In this document: positions 38,513-49,045 of the stretch, piece by piece
Layout of the letters: every line of letters begins with the position of its first letter
How positions within the stretch are numbered: the stretch's first letter is position 1
From: Candidatus Aminicenantales bacterium
Lineage (GTDB): Bacteria > Acidobacteriota > Aminicenantia > Aminicenantales > Saccharicenantaceae
Reading direction: 5' to 3'
NCBI GenBank assembly: GCA_049512315.1
Contig: JBEKXF010000014.1
Coordinates: forward strand, 11,702 to 75,701
DNA length: 64,000 bases
Notes under the pieces: generated by a model
Database searches by the model: none
Told to the model about the DNA's origin: nothing
What the model saw: only the letters and a program-made list of their open reading frames with translations
Program-made: the position numbers and the translations under genes

Positions 38513-39753
38513 TTATTCGTAACGGAGTGCGACGATCGGGTCCATCTTCGCGGCCTTCTGGGCCGGGAAGACGCCGAAGAAAAGGCCGATGCCGACCGAG
38601 ACGAACAGCCCGACCGCGACCGTCCAGAGGGAGACCGCGGCCGGAAGCGGGGTCGCGACCCGGACGATGAGAGCGATGCCGAAACCGATGAGGACCCCGA
38701 TCAGCCCGCCGACGCCCGTCAGGACGATAGCCTCGATCAGGAACTGCTTGAGGATGTCGCCGGACCTGGCCCCGATGGCCTTGCGGATCCCGATCTCGCG
38801 GGTCCGCTCCTTGACGGAGACCAGCATGATGTTCATGACCCCGATCCCGCCGACCAGAAGGCCGATCGAGGAGACGACGATCATGACCAGGAAGGCCGCG
38901 CCCGTGATCTGCTTGTAGAGGCTGATCAGCGTGTCGGTCGTCATGACCGCGAAATCGTTAGGCTTTCCGAACGGGACCTTGCGGTGCGCGCGTAGGACCT
39001 CGCTGATCTGCTGGATGGTCTCGTCCATCGTCCCGGCGGTCTTGGGGACGGTAATGATCTCCAGCCGGTCCTTCTCGTAGGCAAAATATTTCATCAGCGT
39101 AGTGAGGGGCAGGCCGACAAAGTTGTCCCGGCTCTGGCCGAACATCTGGCCGCGCTTGTTGAGGACGCCGATGACGGTGAAGCTCTCGTTGCCGACGCGG
39201 ATCTCCTTGCCGATGGGGTTGAGGTTCGGGAAGAGGCTGTCGGCGAGCTCGGAGCCGAGGAGGCAGACCCTGGCGCTGTGCGTCACCTCGGCCTCGGTGA
39301 TGAAGCGGCCCATCCTCGGAAGGTACAATGACATGACCGTCGGCCACTTCTCGTTCATGCCGATGACCATGGCGTTGTCAACCTTGGTGTTCCTGAACTT
39401 GATTTCGACCTGCTCGAAAACGCTGACGCTGACGCTGACGGCGACCGCCTTGACAAGGGTGGCATCTTTTTCGACGGCCTTGGCGTCATCCAGGGTCAGG
39501 TCCTTGCGGGTCCGCATCTCCTCGTCCATGCGGCCCATCTGGGCCGGCTCGTACTTCATGACGCCGATCATGTCGGACCCGACCGACTGGAGCTCCCGGG
39601 TGAACGACTTGTTGAGGCCCTGGATGACCGAGACCATCCCGATGACGGTCATGACCCCGATGATGATCCCGAGCATGGTCAGGAACGAGCGGAGCTTGTG
39701 GGACCGGAGCGAATCGAGGGCCATCCCGAAGATCTCGCGGACGATCTGGAATC

Positions 39754-39757
<4 letters not shown>
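38513..39757 (-). CDS. MacB/FtsX-like ABC transporter permease
   Basis: LRSFLTMLGIIIG, LLVGGIGVMNIMLVSVKERTREIGIRKAIGA, PA.KAA.MDP..ALRYE. Confidence 0.93.
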
Positions 39758-40989
<1,232 letters not shown>

Positions 40990-41053
40990 GGTCAATTCTC
41001 TATTCTACACGATTTATACGGGACCGTGAAGAAAAGGTTCCGGCGGCGGCGCC

Positions 41054-41082
41054 TTGACAGGGCCTGACGGGAAAAACATAAT
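41054..41082 (+). promoter_or_regulatory. Sigma70-type promoter
   Basis: TTGACA-N17-CATAAT upstream of the pseudouridine synthase; the track's TTG start lies in this -35 box. Confidence 0.6.
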
Positions 41083-41107
41083 GGTCCCTGAGGAGACCCG
41101 GTTCCGC

Positions 41108-41845
41108 ATGCTCGTCCGCCTGAACAAGTTCCTGGCCCACTCGGGCGTCTGCTCGCGGCGGGAAGCGGATCGCTTCATCGAGGCCGGCCGGGTCAGGGTC
41201 AACGGCCGGGTCGTCGACGAGCTCGGCCAGAAAATCGACCCGGCCCGGGACCGGATTGACGTCGGCGGCCGGACGGTCAGGGGAGGGGACGAGAGGCCCG
41301 TTTACATCCTTCTCTTCAAGCCCTCCGGCCGCGTCGTCACGGTCAAGGACCCCTTCGGCCGGCCCACGGTGATGGACCTTCTGCCGAAGCTCCCGGTCCG
41401 GGTCTATCCGGTCGGCCGCCTGGATGCGGAGAGCGAGGGGGCCCTCCTCCTCACCAATGACGGCGAGATGGCCTACCGGCTGACCCATCCCAAGCACGGG
41501 GCCGGCAAGGTCTACGAGGTCAGGGTGGAGGGGGAGCCGTCCGAGGACGACCTGGAAAAGCTCCGGCGGGGCGTCTTTCTTGAGGGACGGAGGACGGCGC
41601 CGGCCCGGATCCAGGTCCTGCGGAGGAGCTTGCGGAAGACCCTCCTCCGGGTCGAGATCCACGAGGGACGGAAGCGGGAGATCCGAAAGATGTTCGAGGC
41701 CCTGGGATACCCCGTCAAGGGGCTTCTCCGCGTTCAGTTCGCCGGCCTGACGCTCGACGGGCTCCGCCCGGGCCAATGGCGCTATCTGAAAAAAACGGAA
41801 GTGGCGAGCCTGCGGAAGACGACGGGCCCGGCCATCCCCGGCTAA
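41108..41845 (+). CDS. RsuA/RluB-family rRNA pseudouridine synthase
   Basis: S4 domain RLNKFLA..G.CSRREAD; PVGRLDAESEG (catalytic Asp); EGRKREIRKM. Confidence 0.93.
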   Translation: MLVRLNKFLAHSGVCSRREADRFIEAGRVRVNGRVVDELGQKIDPARDRIDVGGRTVRGGDERPVYILLFKPSGRVVTVKDPFGRPTVMDLLPKLPVRVYPVGRLDAESEGALLLTNDGEMAYRLTHPKHGAGKVYEVRVEGEPSEDDLEKLRRGVFLEGRRTAPARIQVLRRSLRKTLLRVEIHEGRKREIRKMFEALGYPVKGLLRVQFAGLTLDGLRPGQWRYLKKTEVASLRKTTGPAIPG

Positions 41846-44289
41846 GAATTCAGCGCTTCATCCTCCTTGCTCTTTTCGTCGGCCTCCGAGAAGGCCTTCC
41901 AGCCTTTGGCCAGCCTCTGGAGCTCACGGTCCACGAGGAAGTGGACGGTCCCTTCCTCGAACGTCCCGTCCTCCCGGGCCTGGCCGGCTTCGACGCCGGT
42001 CAGGATCCCGATGCCCTCGTCAATCGTCTTGACCGGGTAGATGTGGAATTTCCCCTCCTTGACGGTCTCGACGACCTCGGCCCGGAGCATCAGGTTCTGG
42101 ACGTTCTGATGCGGGATGATGACCCCCTGAGTCCCGGTCAGCCCCTTGGCCCGGCAGACCTCGAAAAAGCCCTCGATCTTCTCGTTGACGCCGCCGATGG
42201 CCTGGATCTCGCCCTTCTGATTGAGGGATCCGGTGACCGCGATGTCCTGACGGAGGGGGAGCCCGCAGAGGCTGGACAGGATGGCATAGACCTCGGTCGA
42301 TGACGCACTGTCGCCGTCGACGCCGCCGTAGGACTGCTCGAAGGCGAGCGAGGCCGAAAGGGCGAAGGGCTTCCGCGTCGCGTATTTTCCCCGGAGATAG
42401 CCGCCGAGGATGAGGACCCCCTTGTTATGGGTCGGTCCGCTGAGGTCGGCCTCCCGTTCGATGTTGATGACCCCGGCCCGGCCCATGGCCGTCCGGGCCG
42501 TGATTCGCGTCGGCTTCCCGAACATGAACTGGCCCATGTCGTAGACCGAAAGGCCGTTGACCTGTCCGACGACGCTCCCCTCGGTGTCGATCATGATCGT
42601 CCCTTCCTCGATCATCTCCTGGACCTTGTCCTCGTACAGGCTGACCCGCTCGAACCGCTCCCGGACGGCCTCGTCCACGTCCTCGCGGCCGACGGCGGTC
42701 CGGCCGTTCTTCCGGGCCCAGTAGCTCGACTCGCGGATGACGTCGGCGATGAGGTGGAACCGGGTCGAGAGCTTCCGCTGGCGCCCGGAGATCCGGGTGG
42801 CGTATTCGACGAGAGCCGCGATCCCCTCCCTGTCGAAGGGGATGAGCCCGTCCTCGTTGCAGATCTTCTTGATGAACCGGACGTAGTCACCGACGGCCTT
42901 CGCGTCCTTGGGCATCTCCGAGTCGAACTCGGCCTTGATCTTGAAGATCTTCTTGAAGTCCTCGTCCTGGAAGTAGAGGAGGTTGAAGACGTAGGAATCG
43001 CCGATCATAACGACCTTGACGTCGCACTTCACGGGCTCCGGCTTGATCCGGGAGGGCGAGAAGAAATACATCGAGAGATAGTTCTGGATCTCGAAGATCT
43101 GGTTGCGGAGGGTCCTCTTGAGGGTCATCCAGACGCCCGGCTCGACCAGGGCGTCCAGGGCGTTGATGACGAGGTACCCTCCGTTGGCCTTGAGGAACGA
43201 GCCGGCCTTGATCATCGTGAAATCGGTCTGGCCGAGGCCTATCCGGGAATAAGCGACCTCGATCGAGCCGAACAGGTTCGTGTAGGTCGGGTTGGTCTCC
43301 ATGATGACCGGGGCCCCCTTCTGGTCCGAGTTATCGACGAGAAGGTTGACCTGGTAGTCGTGGAATTCGTCCGGCTGGTCCTTTTCCTTGTTATCCTTCT
43401 TCTGGTTCTTGAAGAGGTCGATCGTCTTGACGAGGTTCTGCTCGACGTCGGTCAGGTAGGCCGCGATCTTCGGGGAGGGGAACTTGGCCCGCATGTCGTC
43501 GATGCCGCCCTTGATGAGCGGCGAGATGCTCTCCTCGTCCCAGCTCTTGAGGAGGCTCTTTGTCTCCTCGTCGATCTCCTTGAGCTTCTCGAAGAGGGCC
43601 TCGAGCTCAGACGTCAGCTCCTCGTATTTTGCCTTGAGTTTCTCCAGGGTCTCCTTCGGGATCTTCTTCTCCTTGACCAGCCCCTCGATCTTGTTGAACG
43701 GGATGGGCTGCCCCTCGATGACCGGGATGAGGTCCGGCCGGGTGAAGAGGCCCATCTGGACCTGGATCACTGAGAATCCTTCCTGGGCCACCTCCTCTTC
43801 GAAGCGCTGGAGGATCTCCCGCTGCTTTTTCTGCTGGGCCTCGACCAGGGCGTCCCGCTTATCGGTGTAATACGGGCTCTTGAGCAGGTTCGGGATGCTC
43901 TTGCGGAGCATGCCGATCAGCTTCCCCATAGCCTCGCTGAAGGCTTTGCCCTGGCCCGCCGGGAGGGAGACGAGGAGCGGCTCGTCGGGGTCCTTGAAGT
44001 TATTGACGTAGAGGATGTCGTCCGGCGTCTTGTCGCCCTTCTCGAGCCGTTCCAGAAGCTGCTTGATCGTCGTCGTCCGGCCCGTGCCGACCATGCCGGT
44101 GATGAAGATGTTGTAGCCGAGGCTCTTGATGTCCAGGCCCGTCTGGATGGCCTTGAGGGCCCTTTCCTGCCCGATGATCCCCTCGCAGGCCGGGGCCTCG
44201 TCGCTCGAAGAGAAGGGGATGCCGTCGGGGCAGCAGGTCCAGCGCAGGCGGTCGGGGGTGAGCTCCTCGAATCGGGTCTTCGTTTTCAT
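41842..44289 (-). CDS. Lon-like (LonC / AAA_32-type) serine protease
   Basis: IIGQERA, GYNIFITG..GTGRTT, KANGGYL, VGQVNGL, FEQSYGGVDGDSAS (Ser), GGVNEKIEGFF (Lys); ATG 44289 after GAGGAG. Confidence 0.93.
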   Translation of the reverse strand: MKTKTRFEELTPDRLRWTCCPDGIPFSSSDEAPACEGIIGQERALKAIQTGLDIKSLGYNIFITGMVGTGRTTTIKQLLERLEKGDKTPDDILYVNNFKDPDEPLLVSLPAGQGKAFSEAMGKLIGMLRKSIPNLLKSPYYTDKRDALVEAQQKKQREILQRFEEEVAQEGFSVIQVQMGLFTRPDLIPVIEGQPIPFNKIEGLVKEKKIPKETLEKLKAKYEELTSELEALFEKLKEIDEETKSLLKSWDEESISPLIKGGIDDMRAKFPSPKIAAYLTDVEQNLVKTIDLFKNQKKDNKEKDQPDEFHDYQVNLLVDNSDQKGAPVIMETNPTYTNLFGSIEVAYSRIGLGQTDFTMIKAGSFLKANGGYLVINALDALVEPGVWMTLKRTLRNQIFEIQNYLSMYFFSPSRIKPEPVKCDVKVVMIGDSYVFNLLYFQDEDFKKIFKIKAEFDSEMPKDAKAVGDYVRFIKKICNEDGLIPFDREGIAALVEYATRISGRQRKLSTRFHLIADVIRESSYWARKNGRTAVGREDVDEAVRERFERVSLYEDKVQEMIEEGTIMIDTEGSVVGQVNGLSVYDMGQFMFGKPTRITARTAMGRAGVINIEREADLSGPTHNKGVLILGGYLRGKYATRKPFALSASLAFEQSYGGVDGDSASSTEVYAILSSLCGLPLRQDIAVTGSLNQKGEIQAIGGVNEKIEGFFEVCRAKGLTGTQGVIIPHQNVQNLMLRAEVVETVKEGKFHIYPVKTIDEGIGILTGVEAGQAREDGTFEEGTVHFLVDRELQRLAKGWKAFSEADEKSKEDEALNS

Positions 44290-44498
44290 GGTCCTCTCCT
44301 CGTTGAGAATCGACGGCGGCCCCGAATGAAGGCAAGTTATCACAAACCCTTCCTTTCCTCAAGCCGCAGTGCCCCGGGCGAACATCCGTTTTCCTCCACC
44401 ATCGTCAAGGCCGTCCGGCCGGCGTTCTTTTTGATGCAAAACGCTCCGACATCTGCTAGAATAGGGCCCGTCCGGACCCGGGAAGGAGAGGTTATGAG

Positions 44499-44969
44499 AT
44501 GAAAACCTACCAAGGAAAGCTTCAGGCCAAAGGATTCAAGATCGGGATCGTTGTCAGCCGGTTCAACAGCTTCATTTCCGAGCGGCTGCTCGAAGGCGCG
44601 CTGGAGGCCCTGGAGAAGATGGGCGCCCTGGACGCCGACCTCACGGTCTACAAGGTCCCGGGGTCGTTCGAGGTCCCCTTGGTCGCGAAGAAGATCGCCA
44701 AGGCCGGGAAGACCGACGGCATCCTCTGCATCGGGGCCCTCATCCGCGGCGACACGCCCCATTTCGATTTCCTCAGCGCCGAGGTCACCAAGGGCCTCGC
44801 CCAGATCGCGATGGAGGACGGCGTCCCGATCGCCTTCGGGATCCTGACTGTCGACACGGTCGAGCAGGGGATCGAGCGGGCCGGCACCAAGGCCGGGAAC
44901 AAGGGCTACGACGCCGCCTTCTCCCTGGTCGAGACGCTGAACCTGATCAAGGAGTCGGGGCTCCGCTGA
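44499..44969 (+). CDS. ribH: 6,7-dimethyl-8-ribityllumazine synthase
   Basis: VSRFN.FI...LL.GA, VPGSFE.P, IRGDTPHFD, ERAGTKAGNKG. Confidence 0.97.
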   Translation: MKTYQGKLQAKGFKIGIVVSRFNSFISERLLEGALEALEKMGALDADLTVYKVPGSFEVPLVAKKIAKAGKTDGILCIGALIRGDTPHFDFLSAEVTKGLAQIAMEDGVPIAFGILTVDTVEQGIERAGTKAGNKGYDAAFSLVETLNLIKESGLR

Positions 44970-44990
44970 CCGGATCCTGAGGGGCCTGCC

Positions 44991-45503
44991 ATGGGGAAGC
45001 GACGGAAAGCGCGGGAGTGCGCGCTCCAGATCCTCTTCCAGCTGGAGTTCAACACGGCCGACCCGGGGACCCTCATCCGCCAATACTGGGACTACCAGAA
45101 GACCACCGCCGATGTCCGCGAATACGGCGGCTGGCTCGTCGACCGGATCCTCTCTTGCCGGGACGAGATCGACCAGGCCGTCCAGTCGGCGTCCCAGAAC
45201 TGGCGCCTGGCCCGGATGGGCGTCGTCGACAGGAACATCCTGAGGATCGCCGCCTGCGAGCTCCTCTACGAGCCGGCCCTCGCCCCGGCCATCGTCATCA
45301 ACGAAGCCATCGAAATCGCCAAGCGATACAGCGGGCAGGAATCCGCGACGTTCGTCAACGGGATCCTCGACGCCGTCAAGAAACACCTCAAGCCGCGCTC
45401 CGCCCCCCCGGTCGGGGCGGGCCAAGAAGGACACCATGAGCGAGAAAGAGAACATTCAGGAAAAAAAACCGGAACCCCCCCGGCCGGAAGACAAGGACAC
45501 TGA
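44991..45503 (+). CDS. nusB: Transcription antitermination factor NusB
   Basis: RRKARECALQILF, NWRLARM..VDRNILR, INEAIEIAKRY, FVNGILD; follows ribH. Confidence 0.95.
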   Translation: MGKRRKARECALQILFQLEFNTADPGTLIRQYWDYQKTTADVREYGGWLVDRILSCRDEIDQAVQSASQNWRLARMGVVDRNILRIAACELLYEPALAPAIVINEAIEIAKRYSGQESATFVNGILDAVKKHLKPRSAPPVGAGQEGHHEREREHSGKKTGTPPAGRQGH

Positions 45504-46962
45504 TCAGGAGCTCGCCCGCAGGGAGAAGCTCCTGCGCCTCGGCCAGGAGGGGGTCGAGCTTTTCCCTTACAAGGCTGGCAAGACCCATTCCGTCCACGAG
45601 ATCGTCGCCGCTTTCGCCGCCCTCTCCAAGGAGGATCTGGAGGCGAAGAAATTGCCCGTCGAAGTCCCGGGTCGGATCCTTTCGATCCGGAAAATGGGCC
45701 GGGCGACGTTCTTCCACATCTCCGACGGCCGGGCCCGGCTCCAGGCCTATATCCGGGAGGACGTCGCGGGGGCCCGGACCTACGAGTTTTTTTCCCTGCT
45801 CGACATCGGCGACGTCCTTTCGGTCCGCGGGACCCTCTTCAAGACGCGGACGGGCGAGCTGACCGTCCTCTGCGAGTCCTTCACGTTCCTGGCCAAGGCC
45901 CTCCACCCGCTCCCGGAGAAGTGGCACGGCCTCCAGGACGTCGAGCTCCGCTACCGGAGGCGTTACCTTGACCTCGTCATGAACCCCGAGGTCGGCGAGG
46001 TCTTCCGTCTCCGGAGCTCCATCGTGGCCTACATCCGCCGCTTCTTCGACGCCCGGGGCTACATCGAGGTCGAGACGCCCATGATGCACACCATCCCCGG
46101 CGGCGCCCTGGCCCGGCCCTTCAAGACGTCCCACAACGCCCTCGGCCTGGACCTCTACCTCCGGATCGCGCCCGAGCTCTACCTGAAGAGGCTCGTCGTC
46201 GGCGGGCTCGACAAGGTCTACGAGATCAACAGGAGCTTCCGGAACGAAGGGATCGACGCCCAGCACAACCCGGAGTTCACCATGCTCGAGTTCTACGAAG
46301 CGTACAAGGACTATTACGACATGATGGACCTCACCGAAGAGCTCCTGACCGGGATGGCCCTCGACCTCCTCGGCACGGACGAGGTCCCCTTCGGCGAGCA
46401 GACGATCTCTTTCAAGAGGCCCTATCCGAGATTGAAGTTCATGGACGCCTGCGTCCGATACAGCGGCCTGGCCCCCAGCCGGTTCTCCGACCGCCCGGGG
46501 CTCGTGGAGTTCGCGGCGACCCTGGCCCCGGACAAAAAGCCCCTGACCTACGGGAAGGCCCTCGACATCATTTTCGACCGGTTCGTCAAGGACAAAGTCG
46601 TCCAGCCGACGTTCATCATGAACCCGCCCAAGGAGATCTCGCCGCTGGCCAAGACCTCGCGGGACAATCCCGAGGAGGCCGAGAGGTTCGAGCTCCTGAT
46701 GGGGGGGATGGAGATCGCCAACGCCTTCTCCGAGCTCACCGACCCCGCCGAACAGCGGGCCCGCTTCGAGGAGCAGGCGGAGGAGAAGAAGAAGGGGGAC
46801 GAGGAGTCCCACGCCGTGGACATGGACTACGTGGAGGCCCTCGAGTACGGACTGCCGCCGACGGGAGGGGAGGGCATAGGCATCGACCGGCTGACCATGA
46901 TCCTGGCCAACCGGAGGTCCATCCGGGAGGTCATCCTGTTCCCGCTCCTCAGGCCGAGATGA
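45436..46962 (+). CDS. lysS: Lysine--tRNA ligase (class II)
   Basis: OB anticodon domain; LPEKWHGL.D.E.RYR.RYLDL, GGALARPF, LRIAPELYLKRL, FRNEG..HNPEFT, EYGLPPTGGEGIGIDRL. Confidence 0.98.
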   Translation: MSEKENIQEKKPEPPRPEDKDTDQELARREKLLRLGQEGVELFPYKAGKTHSVHEIVAAFAALSKEDLEAKKLPVEVPGRILSIRKMGRATFFHISDGRARLQAYIREDVAGARTYEFFSLLDIGDVLSVRGTLFKTRTGELTVLCESFTFLAKALHPLPEKWHGLQDVELRYRRRYLDLVMNPEVGEVFRLRSSIVAYIRRFFDARGYIEVETPMMHTIPGGALARPFKTSHNALGLDLYLRIAPELYLKRLVVGGLDKVYEINRSFRNEGIDAQHNPEFTMLEFYEAYKDYYDMMDLTEELLTGMALDLLGTDEVPFGEQTISFKRPYPRLKFMDACVRYSGLAPSRFSDRPGLVEFAATLAPDKKPLTYGKALDIIFDRFVKDKVVQPTFIMNPPKEISPLAKTSRDNPEEAERFELLMGGMEIANAFSELTDPAEQRARFEEQAEEKKKGDEESHAVDMDYVEALEYGLPPTGGEGIGIDRLTMILANRRSIREVILFPLLRPR

Positions 46963-47004
46963 GCGGATGCACGGCGGGATCGCGGGGCCGGAATTGAGAC
47001 GCCG

Positions 47005-48225
47005 ATGACCTTCGAGCTGTTCGTCGCCCGCCGTTACTTGACGGCTCGGAGAAAGCAGGCCTTCATCTCCGTCATCACCTCGATCTCCATCCTCGGGATC
47101 ATGATCGGCGTCGCGGCCCTGGTCATCGCCATCGCCCTCATCACGGGCTTCCAAGAGGACGTCCAGGCCAAGATCCTGGGGGCCACATCGCACATCATGG
47201 TCCAGGACCTCTCGAGCGAGGGCCTGCCGCGCTACCTCGAGGTCGCGGACAAGGTCCAGGCGGAGAAGGGGGTCCTGTCCGTGACGCCGGTCGTTTACAA
47301 CGAGGTCATCATCACCGGCCTGGCCAAGACCAAGGGGGCCCTGCTCAAAGGGCTTGATTTCGGCCGGGAGCTCCCCGGCGCCGCCTGGCTCCGGAAGCTC
47401 GAGGCCGGCAAGGTCCCGGCGCCGGGCGGCGAGCGCGAGGGCATCCTCCTCGGCCGGCAGCTCGCCTTCGAGATCGGCGCCCAACTGGGGGACATCGTGG
47501 ACGTCGTCACGGCCTCCTCGAACCTTTCGCCGATGGGGCTCCTGCCGAAGCGCAAGAGGTTCCTGGTCACGGGGATCTTCAACACAGGCCTGTACGAGTT
47601 CGACGCCACGACGGCCCTGGTCTCCCTGCCCACGGCCCAGAAGCTCTTCGATCTCGAAGGGCGGGTGAGCTTCCTCCAGGTCAAGATCCGGGACATCTTC
47701 GAGGCCCCGGCGATCGCCGGGCGGATCAAGGCGGGGCTGCCGCCCACGGTCTACGTGACGACCTGGATGGAGCTCAACCGGAACCTCTTCTCGGCCCTGA
47801 AGCTCGAAAAGAACATCATGTTCCTGACCATCACGCTGATCGTCATCGTCGCCGCGCTGAACATCATCGCTACCCTGATCCTGATGGTCATGGAGAAAAC
47901 GAGGGACATCGGTATCCTTATGGCCATGGGGGCGACGCCCCTGAACATCAGGCGGGTGTTCTTCTACCAGGGCGCCCTCATCGGCGTCGTCGGCACCGGA
48001 CTCGGCGTCTTCCTCGGCCTCGCCTGGTGCTGGCTGGCCAACACGTTCCAGCTCATCCGGGTCCCCGTGGACATCTACCAGATCTCCTACGTCCCGTTCC
48101 GGCTCAGGCCCGTCGACCTCCTGGCCATCATCGGCGTCACCCTCGCCATCAGCTTCGTCTCGACCCTCTTCCCGGCCTGGCGCGCCTCCAGGGTCGACCC
48201 GGTCGTGGCTTTGAAATATGAATGA
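47005..48225 (+). CDS. lolE: Lipoprotein-releasing ABC permease LolC/E
   Basis: FVARRYL.ARRKQAFIS, WMELNRNLFSALKLEK, VAALNII.TL..VMEK.RDIGIL.AMGA, IY.IS.VP. Confidence 0.9.
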   Translation: MTFELFVARRYLTARRKQAFISVITSISILGIMIGVAALVIAIALITGFQEDVQAKILGATSHIMVQDLSSEGLPRYLEVADKVQAEKGVLSVTPVVYNEVIITGLAKTKGALLKGLDFGRELPGAAWLRKLEAGKVPAPGGEREGILLGRQLAFEIGAQLGDIVDVVTASSNLSPMGLLPKRKRFLVTGIFNTGLYEFDATTALVSLPTAQKLFDLEGRVSFLQVKIRDIFEAPAIAGRIKAGLPPTVYVTTWMELNRNLFSALKLEKNIMFLTITLIVIVAALNIIATLILMVMEKTRDIGILMAMGATPLNIRRVFFYQGALIGVVGTGLGVFLGLAWCWLANTFQLIRVPVDIYQISYVPFRLRPVDLLAIIGVTLAISFVSTLFPAWRASRVDPVVALKYE

Positions 48226-48913
48226 CATCCTGTTGAGAGCCGAAAACCTGGGGAAATCCTATCCCCTTCCCAAGGGCGTTCTCCGTGTCTTCGAGGGCCT
48301 CGACTTCGAGCTCAAGAGGGGGGACCTGGCGGCCATCATGGGCGCCTCCGGGGTCGGGAAGACGACATTCCTCAACCTCCTCGGGGCCCTGGACCGGCCC
48401 TCCGAGGGCCGGGTGATCCTCGACGGCGAGGACCTGTTCGCCGGCACGGAGCGGGACATGGCCGCCGTCAGGAACCGGAAGATCGGCTTCGTTTTCCAGT
48501 TCTTCCATCTCCTCCCCGAATTTTCGGCCCTAGAGAACGTGAGCTTCCCCCTGATGATCCGGGGGCTCGGCAGGAAAGAGGCCTTCGACCGGGCCCGCGA
48601 GCTGCTGAAAGATGTCTCGCTCGAGGAGAAGGCCGATGCCCGTCCGGGCCGGCTCTCGGGCGGCGAGCAGCAGAGGGTCGCCATCGCCCGGGCCTTGGTC
48701 AACGAACCCCGGCTGCTCCTGGCCGACGAGCCCACGGGAAACCTCGACTGGAAATCGGGCGAGATGATCCTCCGCCTGATCCTCGACCTCCACGCGAGGA
48801 AAGGCCTGTCCTCGATTATCGTCACCCACAACGAGAAGATCGCCCGATACTGCCACAAGCTCTACCTCATGGAGGCTGGGGAGCTGAAACTTTTGTCCGA
48901 GCCCCCGAGTTAA
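48218..48913 (+). CDS. lolD: Lipoprotein-releasing ABC ATPase LolD
   Basis: GASGVGKT, GFVFQFFHLLPEFSALENV, LSGGEQQRVAIARAL, ADEPTGNLD. Confidence 0.92.
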   Translation: MNDILLRAENLGKSYPLPKGVLRVFEGLDFELKRGDLAAIMGASGVGKTTFLNLLGALDRPSEGRVILDGEDLFAGTERDMAAVRNRKIGFVFQFFHLLPEFSALENVSFPLMIRGLGRKEAFDRARELLKDVSLEEKADARPGRLSGGEQQRVAIARALVNEPRLLLADEPTGNLDWKSGEMILRLILDLHARKGLSSIIVTHNEKIARYCHKLYLMEAGELKLLSEPPS

Positions 48914-49045
48914 GGACTATGTGACAGGCAGACCGGTCCGCCCTTCCAGGCCGCGTCATCCCCGCAGCGGACCGCGCTCCCGGAAGGGCCGGGCCTCCGG
49001 CCGGTTTTTGAAAAAACGGGGAGAATATGGTATAAGGATTGAGAA

